Source: a virus. From it: a DNA stretch of 64,000 nucleotides. Under the pieces are notes generated by a model. The model was not told where the DNA came from. It saw only the letters and a list, made by a program, of their open reading frames with translations, and did no database searches. The translations under genes and the position numbers were made by a program. The DNA lies in the IMG/VR virus record IMGVR_UViG_3300042373_001362, positions 32,001 through 96,000 of that record; one strand, given 5' to 3'. Below are positions 19,273 through 29,500 of the stretch, in pieces. Each line of letters opens with the position of its first letter. Within the stretch, counting starts at the first letter, position 1.

Positions 19273-19766
19273 TCTGTGTCGCCCTTTCTGACGATGATGC
19301 TTGTTTTTAGTACGCCTGTTTCGCAATACATATCTGGGTTGATACCGATGTTGTTGAGTTCTTTGATTCTCCAGTAAGAAGGAGCGCAGTAAGTCATTAA
19401 CTCCATAGCAATATCCTCTGGAGACTTTACAACCTCGCCCGTGTCCATGTCAACGGACATCTGACCAAGTCGGTCAACTACCGCTTTGGCAAGGTCTTTA
19501 TGTTGCCAAGCTTTTCGTTCGTATGAAGACTTCTTTTCAATGATTGCGTTTCCAGGAAGTGGAACAGCAGACTCTTTGTCCATCATTTCTCCAAAACGAT
19601 TCGCAACAGAGTCATAAACAAGAGACATGTCTCGTTTGGCTAGATTCATCTGAAGAAGCATGTTTCCCGCTTCTTCAAGAGTTGCTCCATTGTTCATGGC
19701 TTCAAGAACTTCTGCTTCGAGTTGAACCATGAGGTAGCGAATCTCAACAATTTTTTCTATGGTCAT
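19269..19766 (-). CDS. hypothetical protein
   Basis: 165 aa, coupled to the SSAP gene. Confidence 0.6.
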   Translation of the reverse strand: MTIEKIVEIRYLMVQLEAEVLEAMNNGATLEEAGNMLLQMNLAKRDMSLVYDSVANRFGEMMDKESAVPLPGNAIIEKKSSYERKAWQHKDLAKAVVDRLGQMSVDMDTGEVVKSPEDIAMELMTYCAPSYWRIKELNNIGINPDMYCETGVLKTSIIVRKGDTE

Positions 19767-19801
19767 TAGTACCGTCCTAGTTAGTAGCTGGTCTCCCAGT
19801 G

Positions 19802-21118
19802 CTAGATAACGATAGCAATCCTTCTTCTTTGTTGCAACCCGAGTCCGGCCAAATGTGTAAAAGCCCCAACAGCAGAGTCCACTTGGTCGTCATGGTCGCA
19901 TGCTTCAGGGAAAGAAGAAAGTTCATCAAGCCATTGAGTCAGCCATGGACCCCTAACTACCCTTACGTTTCCATTTGCTACTGCTGCGGCAAATGGTCTA
20001 GCCCTAGTGACCTTGTCTCCGGTTGCCCTAACTCCAGAAAAGTTATAACCGGGAAGAACGTATCTGGCGTACTGGTCGACAAGCGCTTTACCGCTTGAGC
20101 CGGGCTCCATTTCCATAAGAATCGGGGTATCTAGACCGTCTTCGTATGCTGTTTGAGATATTAATTGCTCGACTTTTTCCCCACGAACCCTGACTCTCTT
20201 GACGTCCATGATGTAGGCAATGCCTTGGTCAAACATCATCAAGGTTCCAACCGTGTAGTCAGGGTCAGGGTTGTTTGAACTTGGTTCGGTTGCTGCAAGG
20301 TCCCAAAACCTAACAACTCTTGCTGTGTTGGATATTGTTGGAACTTCAGACTGGTCAATAATAATTACCGACTCTCGTTCAAAGAGGCTTCCGAGAGTCG
20401 TGCTCCACCAGTCACCTTCTTCAAGTCGTCTACGCTCGATTGGGTCAAGGGCTTGCAGAGCCTGACGATACGAATCAGCGTCAATTCCGGGGTTGTCCGT
20501 AAGTTTTGAAGGTACGAATATTCTTCCTTCAGACAATCCCTCAACAATGAATCTCTGCCTTACCCAGTTGGGCGCAGGGTTAGATGCGCAACGCATTCTG
20601 AGGGGGACTTCCGATAGAGGGCCAGAGTTGGGTCGACGCAAGCGGGAGAACATGTAGCGATAGTCGGATTCCCGGATTTCGGTGACTTCGTCCATTCCGA
20701 TGAACTGGAATTCAGAACCTTTGTAGCGAAGATAGTCGGACTGGTTGTTTAGATATCCAAACGAGATTCTTGCCCCCGAAGGGAAGGTAGCCACGAAGCT
20801 GTTGTTGTTCCAGTGGACATCGTCATAGTTGGACATCCACGACTTAAAGCGGTCCATGAGCGCTCCAGGGAGCGACAAGTCTGCGAATGTTCTACGAAAA
20901 AGAATTGCAGAATAGTTGGGAATATCTACAAACTGAAGGGCGGACATTAGAAGCGCAGAAGACTTACCACCGCCAGCAGCACCCCCAAAAAGGGCCTCAA
21001 TGCCGTTAGTTCTTAAAAACACCTTTTGAGGCAAAGACGGCTCTTCTGGGCAGTAATCGGACATCTTTGGTTGGAGATACTCAAGAACTTGTTCCCAGTT
21101 CGTAGGTTGTTCTGACAT
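19802..21118 (-). CDS. terL: terminase large subunit
   Basis: GGAAGGGKS Walker A, MDEVTE Walker B, SNP, FWDLAAT and HDDQVDS nuclease motifs. Confidence 0.93.
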   Translation of the reverse strand: MSEQPTNWEQVLEYLQPKMSDYCPEEPSLPQKVFLRTNGIEALFGGAAGGGKSSALLMSALQFVDIPNYSAILFRRTFADLSLPGALMDRFKSWMSNYDDVHWNNNSFVATFPSGARISFGYLNNQSDYLRYKGSEFQFIGMDEVTEIRESDYRYMFSRLRRPNSGPLSEVPLRMRCASNPAPNWVRQRFIVEGLSEGRIFVPSKLTDNPGIDADSYRQALQALDPIERRRLEEGDWWSTTLGSLFERESVIIIDQSEVPTISNTARVVRFWDLAATEPSSNNPDPDYTVGTLMMFDQGIAYIMDVKRVRVRGEKVEQLISQTAYEDGLDTPILMEMEPGSSGKALVDQYARYVLPGYNFSGVRATGDKVTRARPFAAAVANGNVRVVRGPWLTQWLDELSSFPEACDHDDQVDSAVGAFTHLAGLGLQQRRRIAIVI

Positions 21119-21174
21119 ATATATCTCCGGGTTGTTTAGTCTGATGATACTCCAATGCGCTAGGCTGTGAGCAT

Positions 21175-21354
21175 ATGCAAAAGTTATGGCTACGAGTTAA
21201 AATCAGACTGAACAGGTCTTTGTTCGCTTATTTTTTCATGGTTTCATTTATAATACTATCTAGTATTGGTGCAGCGCTTATATACCCCCCAGCTGGTTTG
21301 CTGGTTGGAGGGGCTACATGTGGCTTCTTCGGATTTTTGTTAGGTCGTGAGTAA
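21175..21354 (+). CDS. small two-TM membrane protein preceding the portal (59 aa, below the ORF-track cutoff)
   Basis: MQKLWLRVK...IGAALIYPPAGLLVGG...LLGRE*; typical position in HK97-like head modules. Confidence 0.65.
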   Translation: MQKLWLRVKIRLNRSLFAYFFMVSFIILSSIGAALIYPPAGLLVGGATCGFFGFLLGRE

Positions 21355-21359
21355 AAAAT

Positions 21360-23438
21360 ATGGCATGGAACGCTTCAACGAACAAGTCGCTGAATAATCA
21401 AGCACAAAAAGACATTGGACCTGGAGCACCAGTAGCCCAAAATCCTGGCTATGCAGGCAAGCCGTACAGGGACTCCTGGGATATTGAGCGTGCCTATAGA
21501 GAAGGCATGCAGAAGGTTACATGGGTGTCTAGGTGTATCGATGCCATTGCTGGAAACCAGGCAAGACTGCCGATAATACTCAGAAAAGACAACTCACCTA
21601 ATGGTGAAATTCTTTCAATCAGAGAGTCAAAAAAGACAAATCTTCTTAATATTCTAAACTCAAAGTCTAATGTTGGAGAAAACTCCTACATTTTTAGGTA
21701 CAGGCTTTCTGCTCAGCTGATGCTTGGTACTAGGGGTGCTTTTATTGAAAAAGTAAGAGGACGAGACGGCGGAATAATTGGCCTCAACCTATTACCTCCT
21801 CAGTCAACCTCCCCAATACCAGACCCTAAAAAGTTTGTTTCTGGCTACGAAGTTCAAATGCCCACAGGAAACAAGGTCTACCTGAAGCCAGAAGACGTTT
21901 GCTGGGTGAGAAGACCTCACCCAATCGACCCATACTTGTCACTGACCCCATTGGAGGCCTGTGGCGTTGCGATTGAAATAGAAAACCTGGCAAAGCTTTA
22001 CAACAGAAACTACCTATTAAACGACGGTAGACCGGGTGGTTTGCTTGTTCTTCGTGGAGAAATCGACGACGACGACAAAGAAGAATTGAGAAGCCGTTTC
22101 CGTGGAAACCTTTCACGCGCTGGATATACCTCTGTAATCGCTTCCGACGACGGTGTTGACTATGTTGACACTTCAGCAAACCCAAGAGACGCTGCGTACA
22201 TACAGATGCGGCAAATAACAAAGGAGGAAATCCTTGCTTCATTTGGTGTTCCAGAGTCGGTTATCGGTAATGCTGCTGGTAGAACTTTTAGCAACGCTTC
22301 GGAAGAAATTCGTGTCTTTTGGATGGAGACGATGCTTCCCCATTTGGAGATTCTTTCACGGGCTCTAGATGAACTAGATGAAGACAACTATGTTGACTTC
22401 AATGTTGACCAAGTGCCCATTTTGATGCTTTACGAGCAGGAGCGCCACCGCTACTTGATGGACGAATTCAACGCAGGTCTTATCAGCAATAACGAGTACA
22501 GAATAGGCTCAGGTCGCAAAGAAACAGAAAGCGACCTTGCTGACTCGCTCTTGGCTAATCCAAACCTTATTCCTATTGCAAATACGAAGAAGAAGATGGA
22601 AGAGCCTTCTCAAGCTCAGGTTCCAGGTGCACCAGGACAGCCTGGAATGCCCGGAATGCCCCCTGGGGCACCCGGAATGCCCCCAATGCCCGGAATGCCT
22701 CCAGCACCAGGACAACAGCCACCGCTCGACCCAAATACGATGGCTGGGGCAATGGCAGAAGTATCTGGAGCACAGCCAGGCGGAGAACTGGCGCAATCAC
22801 CAATTCCAGGAATGCCTCCAGGAATGATGACCGGAGCAGAGCCAGTACCTCCAGGTGCTACTTCTGCTGAGTCGCCAACCATAATGACAAAAGATGCTCT
22901 TGAAGCGATTTCCCAAAAGCAAGAAATCGAAAGATGGGAAGAGATACTTGTCAGAAGCATGGAAAGAGTCATGGAAAGACAGCAGCGTGTTGTTCTTGAG
23001 AAGTCAAGTGGAGCAAAAGCAAAGAAGGCTTTGTTTGCTGGAACCCTAGATATCCCATCCGTGCTTCACTCGGAGACATGGGACAGACAATTTGATGAAG
23101 ACATTAGGCCAGTAATTACAGCCATCGTCAAAGAGTCGTTGAAAGCATCTACATCAATCGAGAAAAAGTCCGCGAAAAGTTGGGAAGTAGAGTCTGACAT
23201 CATTGCTCAAGTCGATTCTCAAATGTTACGAATCAAGAGCTTGAACCAGGATTTGACAGAGGAAATTACTTCCCTCATGTTGTCTTCTCTGAATGTTTCT
23301 GACGAAGACCAGCGAGCTGGCGCTTTTAGGTCAAACATCGTGTCTTTGTATACAAATGTGTTGGCAAAACGGCTTCCGGAGATAGCTAGCGAGGAATCTA
23401 GGCGTGCCTGGACTTACGGAAAATTCATCGCTAGATAG
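21360..23438 (+). CDS. HK97-family portal protein with Pro/Gly/Met-rich linker and MuF-like C-terminal extension
   Basis: CIDAIA, LTPLEA, NDGRPGGLL, ILASFGVP, NEYR; C-terminal ERQQRVV...IASEESRRAW. Confidence 0.9.
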   Translation: MAWNASTNKSLNNQAQKDIGPGAPVAQNPGYAGKPYRDSWDIERAYREGMQKVTWVSRCIDAIAGNQARLPIILRKDNSPNGEILSIRESKKTNLLNILNSKSNVGENSYIFRYRLSAQLMLGTRGAFIEKVRGRDGGIIGLNLLPPQSTSPIPDPKKFVSGYEVQMPTGNKVYLKPEDVCWVRRPHPIDPYLSLTPLEACGVAIEIENLAKLYNRNYLLNDGRPGGLLVLRGEIDDDDKEELRSRFRGNLSRAGYTSVIASDDGVDYVDTSANPRDAAYIQMRQITKEEILASFGVPESVIGNAAGRTFSNASEEIRVFWMETMLPHLEILSRALDELDEDNYVDFNVDQVPILMLYEQERHRYLMDEFNAGLISNNEYRIGSGRKETESDLADSLLANPNLIPIANTKKKMEEPSQAQVPGAPGQPGMPGMPPGAPGMPPMPGMPPAPGQQPPLDPNTMAGAMAEVSGAQPGGELAQSPIPGMPPGMMTGAEPVPPGATSAESPTIMTKDALEAISQKQEIERWEEILVRSMERVMERQQRVVLEKSSGAKAKKALFAGTLDIPSVLHSETWDRQFDEDIRPVITAIVKESLKASTSIEKKSAKSWEVESDIIAQVDSQMLRIKSLNQDLTEEITSLMLSSLNVSDEDQRAGAFRSNIVSLYTNVLAKRLPEIASEESRRAWTYGKFIAR

Positions 23439-23536
23439 TTTTAGTATTTAGTTTTAGTAAACGACGCTAAAAACCTGAATACTTGCGGTTTCCATTGGTA
23501 TTTTCGTTTATTATCGAAGAAGACACAAGGAGTCAC

Positions 23537-26500
23537 ATGTCCTCTTCTAATAAAAAATCCGACATTCAGTACAAGGCTGCACCGCAAGGAATGGTGAATT
23601 TAGACGAGGCCCAAGGCATCGTCGAATGTTTTGTCGCTGGGATAGGCAACAAAGACTCTGTTGGTGACGTTTGCGCACCAGGAGCTTTCGGCAAGAGCCT
23701 TACCAGAAGGAAGCCACGAGTCGTATGGGGACACAACTGGAACGACCCCATTGGCAAGGTCATCGATATGTACGAGGTTCCACCCAACGACCCTCGTTTG
23801 CCAGCAAAGATGAAGGCTGCAGGAATTGGCGGTCTTTATGCTCGCGTTCAATTCAACCTTATGTCGGAAAAGGGTCGTGAGGCGTTTGCCAATGTTGCTT
23901 TCTTTGGTGAAGAGCAAGAGTGGTCTATTGGTTACAAAACAATCAATGCAAAATTTGACCCACAGATGCAAGCAAACATTCTTTATGAAGTAGAGCTTTA
24001 TGAGGTGTCTCCAGTTCTTCATGGTGCAAACCAGTTGACAGGAACAATTTCAGTAAAGTCGGAAGAGCAGCCATCTGGCGTTTCAGTAATTAATGCACCA
24101 AGCATTGATGGATTAAACGTAAATGAGCTTTCTTCTATTCTTGATGCACTCAAGGCTATTTCTTCTTCCGTTTCAGAAGACGAAAAGTGTGGACCAGGAA
24201 TGATGCCACAGGGAATGCCAGGAATGCCTTCTGGTGGACCAGGCATGCCTTCTGGGCCAAAGCCAATGCATACACATACCCCTGGTGCAGCACCAAGAGA
24301 AGTTGTTAAGCCACAAATTCCATCCATGCCAGAAAACCCAATGACCGTAGCGCTTCGCCGCGAACTTGCGACTCGCACCGGCTCAAACGTAATCGTGCGT
24401 TCAGCAAGCGACAGTGTCGTTGTTTTTGACAGAGTGCTGGCTGACGGAACGTCAAGCACATACAGACTGCCTTTCCATTATGCCGGTGGAGAGTTTATGT
24501 TTGGCAAACCAGAAAAAGTTCAGTCTCAAGCAAACTACGTCCAAGATTCTCCTTTGTCTGAAATCATGGTTGAAGCGCTTCTTTCTGGCCCCACTGCAGG
24601 CGCAGAAAAGTCTTTAATCTCTTTTGATGACCAAGAGTGGGGTGAAGGATTTGGGCAATCAATTCCGTCACAGCAAGTTGATGCTTCAACTTTGAATAGC
24701 GTTATCGCTAATCTTCAAAAAATAATCGAGCAGAAATCTGAATATGTTGTTCAAGTTGCTCCAGAACATGCTTTTGAAGTAAAGCAAGCGATAGACCCAA
24801 TTCTTGATTTCTACAAGGTTGACGCAACCATCAATGAAGATGGAATTGTTGTTAAGTCACTCAATGAAGACTTTTTGAACGCTCTTGACATCGCCACAAA
24901 AGGCGTATTACGCAGTCTTGGCAACCTTGCGGGTAGAGCAATAGACCGCCCTAATATTGGCAGAAACAGAAGAGACAGAACACCCAACCTTGCATCACGA
25001 GGCCCTGGAATTGGTTCACGAGGAGCGGTAGTAAGACTCCGTGATGGAAGCATGTGGGACCCAAAAAACGCACCGGATAGAAACCGTAATGGCATTGTAG
25101 GTGAAGGCCTCTTTGACAGTAGCGGAAGGTCGTTGGCACAGCCAGACCCAACACCAGAGGGGCCAGATTCTATCCGGGGAGCAAAGACACCAAAGTCACC
25201 GCAGACCCCTAAAAGGCAAGCAGCGGCTGCCGCAAAAAGAAACGCTACTGTAAAAAGAACTTCTGGGCAGCCCCAGAAAGCAAGGCAGCGTCTTTCTTCA
25301 GGCGGAATTGACCAAGAAGTTGACGATACACCAATGCTTGAGGAGAAGTTCAAGAAGGAAGTCTCTGGCTTTTTGTCTGAAATAGGAACAAACCGTAATG
25401 AGATAGAAAACATTCTTGACCTGTGGGAAAACAACGATGCAGACCATGACAAGTACATGGAAGAGCATGGAGCTGGTTCAAAAAACTTTGCTGAAAACGT
25501 GGCTTATGCAGCGTCAGCAATGTACGAAGACTACATCTCTGATGCGGGAGATAGGCAGGCTGACCGTCGTGCCGAGGGAGGGCGTTTCTCGTCTGGCGAG
25601 TGGACAAAAATTCCTGGTGTTGGCTATGAGATGGATGCCCCAGACATCGAAGGTGCTTACGAAATCCAAGAAGGCCTTGATGGGAAGTTCTATGTAGTTA
25701 GATTCTCTGATGGCAACCGCAACGGTGGTCAGGACATGACCGAATACGAACATGACAAGCCTTTCTCTACTCTTGCAGCAGCAAAGAAGTGGGCTGAAAA
25801 AGACTATGCACAAGCAGCGGACGAGTACATGCCAGATGAAGAAATGCCAGATGGTGATGCATCCGAAAGACTGAATAGCCTTGTTGCTCCAGAACTACCA
25901 AGCCTTGACGGCATGGACGAGTCTGAAGCAGATGAAGCCTTGCAAAACTTTAGTGACGAAATGTTCAGCTTTGTTAACGAGACAGAGAACATTGCCAGAG
26001 AAGTACTAGGTGACGACGAATACAACAAGAGATTTGGCGGAGCAGTGCCCCTCATTGAAGAGATTTCAAAGAGGCACGATGGAAGCATTGAGCAGCGTGA
26101 TATTGCTCTAGAAAATGCCTTTGACCAAGCAGAGAGGTTTAACAACTCTGTTAACGGTTCACTTGGCGGCGGAAGATTCTCTTCTGGTCAAATCGACTTC
26201 GACAAGATAGGTGAATCAGGTCTCAGGGAAATGCGCCATGTTGAGCGCAACCCTCTTAGATTTGATACACAGGCAGACAAAGATGCACGCGCTGCGTACG
26301 AACGGGTTGTAGCAAACTTTAGAGCAAACAACGGTTTCTTCCGTGAAGTGCCCATGTATGCAGGTGATAAAAAGTGGCACAGCGAAGACTGGTTCCGTGG
26401 CCGCGAGATGGCAGAAAACGTTGCCACCTTGCGATTTGGCGACCCGATTGACCAAATGCCGTTCTTCGATAAACCAGGAAAGCCATCAAAAAGAGAATTC

Positions 26501-29500
26501 TTCGAGAGAACTACGGCTGTTGATTACAAGTCCTGGTATATGACCAAAATTCCAGCCATGACGCAAGAGCTGGACAGAGTGCTTGCTTCCGACGCCTATT
26601 CAGATGAATACAAAGAAGCATTCCTAGAAGGAATGAGGACATTCTTCTACGTGAATAGGCCAAACCTTCAGTACGCTCCGAAAGATACACAGGCGCAGTA
26701 TGAAGAGTGGCTTCAGCGGTCAGGTCTCGGCTGGAAGGGTAGATACTCTACTTCTGGTCCAAAATTTGAAGACCTTGACGACACGGGAAGATTTTCTTCT
26801 GGTGCTAAAGACAAAAAAACAATCAATTCGTATGACAACTCGGAAGACCTTAAATCGGCGATGTTTAGCGCATTGTGGACAAACGGTTCACGTGACGAAA
26901 TAAACAACATGACAGCTGAAGAGCTGGCTGAAATACTAAGCGTAAATCCAGAATGGGTTGAACCTCTTCTTGAAGACACTAAAAAATACACAATCGAGGC
27001 AATGGACGATTATGATAAGTATTTATCTTCTCTTCCTGAGCCAACTGATGAAGAGATAAACCAGGAGTACCAAGAGTGGTTGTCGCGACAGGCTGGCGCA
27101 GACTACGCACAGGGCATGACTGTTAGAGACAAATTCCAGGACATGACCGACGAAGAGGCTGCAGACTACGCTGCATGGCTCGACGAAGAAACATGGAGAG
27201 ACAGAGACGATAGGTTCTCCTCGGGAGGAGGCAAAACACCTGAAGAGCGTCTTGAAGAATACAACAGAAGAAGTGCAGAAAAGAACGCAGTTCTTGAAAA
27301 GATGACTCCCGAAGAGCTAGAAGAATACGCTCGTGAATGGAATGAAAGTCATGTTGAAGATGTTCGTCTTTCATCTGGTTCAACAAATAGACCAAAGTCT
27401 ACAAAAACCGGAGAAGAATTTATTGGCCGTAGCTATGGTCTTCATGATTTCTTTGTCTACGACGAAGAAGACGATTTTGAAAACATCGACAAAGCTATTG
27501 TAGATTCGCTTCTTAAGAACGAAAGAATAACCCTTGATGACCTTTTGCTTGAAGTGCGAGGTATTAAGGACCCTGACCTTAGCGGAGAGGCATTGGTCCG
27601 CAGGCCGGACTATATGGGCGCAAACGCAAGGCGTGTTGCTGAAGCCGTTGCAAACAACACATCCGTTAATCCATCGCTGGCCAACCAGAAAGCCGGAAGA
27701 GAAGACATACTTCACTTTAGGTACAACGGTAAGCAGCGCTCCATATACCCAGAGACTTTTTCAACAAGCAAAAAGGGTGTTGGTTATTTTGTTGGATGGG
27801 ACGAAACCGCAGATAACGGCAACGGTGCATACAGAAGTTTCAATGTAGACAAAATAGAAGGTCTTATATCTAGCGCAATACCTCCACATGTAGACAGAGC
27901 AGCAAGGTATACCGATTATTCATGGAACATAACTGACTTCTCTGATGAAGATAATCAAAAAATTCTTGAACAGATGCGACGCACTAAAGAGTTCAGGGTT
28001 CTTGATGACGCGCAAGACCTGATAGACGATGAGGTGAGCGCAGGAGGCACAAGAGTTGCAGGCTCGACTCTTGATATTGCGGAAAAAGAAGCCCAAGCAG
28101 CTTTCCAGGATGCTCGCAATAGACAAATCGACAAGATGGTTGCCGACGGCAAAATTAAGCCGCTATCAAGAGATAGTAGATTCTCTTCAGGAATGGTTAA
28201 CGACGGTCTTCCAGACGGATACTGGGACACCGCAGACGACATGGCAGATTCTTATGGTGATAGAGAAGACTATACAGACGCAAGATTCTCCTCTGGTGGA
28301 ATGCCAAGCACCAAAGAGCAAGCAGACCTAATAGCGTTTGCTAGGTCAAAGCCTGGCACTTTTACAGACAGTGTTGTTTCTCAATTTGACAGAAATAGAA
28401 GACTGTCAGAAAAGCAATGGGACGCAATACGCAGAATGATGCGCGGCGCATCTGGTGGTAAGGCTGCTCCAAAAGCAGATAAACCAACTGCTCGTTTTTC
28501 TGGAAAGCGTCGTCAAATTGTAGATATTGCCGATATTGAAAAGTATGACTACCCAGAGCTTCCTGCAAAGATAAAGCCAACACCGGAACAAGACAGAGCT
28601 ATCGATGCGATGATGACTGGTGCAGACGTAAAGATTGGTGCTTTAGCAGCAACAGGAAAGACGACAACCGTTATCAACTTTGCTAACCGTCTTAAGGCTA
28701 AAGAGCCAGACGCAAGGGTTGTCTATCTCGTGTTTAACAGAAACGCAAAAGACGACGTAGAAAAGCGTGGAATGCCAGGAAACGTTTCTGTCTCAACGAT
28801 GGACGGAATTGCTTACAGAGCAATGGACGCTATCAACCCAGAAATGACCAAGAAGAGCTTTGACAAAAAAGAGGGCCACATAAAGCCAATCAACTCTTTC
28901 AAAGATAGGGCTAAGTATCTTGGTACAAAGGGAATGGTTTCCCAAGGCGAAGAATTGACCGATGTTGATGTTTATAGAATCGTAGCTAAAGCGATAGATG
29001 CCTATTCAATAAGCGACGACAAGGAAATTGGACCACAACACTTTACTGGCCCATACAACGGTTCATACAGGGTGACAGACACTTCATTGCTTCCTGAGTT
29101 GCTTAAGTATGCAAACAAGATGTGGGAAGACATGAATCTTCCTAGAGTCAATGGTGCCACCAGGAAAGACCAAAAAGGAATGCTTCCTGTAAACAACACA
29201 CATCTAACAAAGATGTGGGCATTGACAAATCCAGACATAAGCGAAATTGCTGAAGTCAATGTGGCAATGGTTGACGAAGCTCAAGACATGAACCCAGTTT
29301 TTGCTGGAATATTGAGGAACTCAAACCTTCAGAAAATCTACATTGGTGACACAAACCAGGCAATTAACGCATGGCGTGGAGCAGACGGAACAACGCTTGC
29401 AAATGTAGAAGCAACATACGACATGCCAATTACTGATTCGTTCAGATTCGGCAAGAACGTAGCGAACATGGGCAACAGATTCCTTTCGCTTCTCAATACA

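Noticed and set aside
23483-23536. TTG start given by the ORF track for the 3963-aa ORF
   Set aside because: ATG at 23537 has an AAGGAG RBS; the upstream extension looks like promoter DNA.
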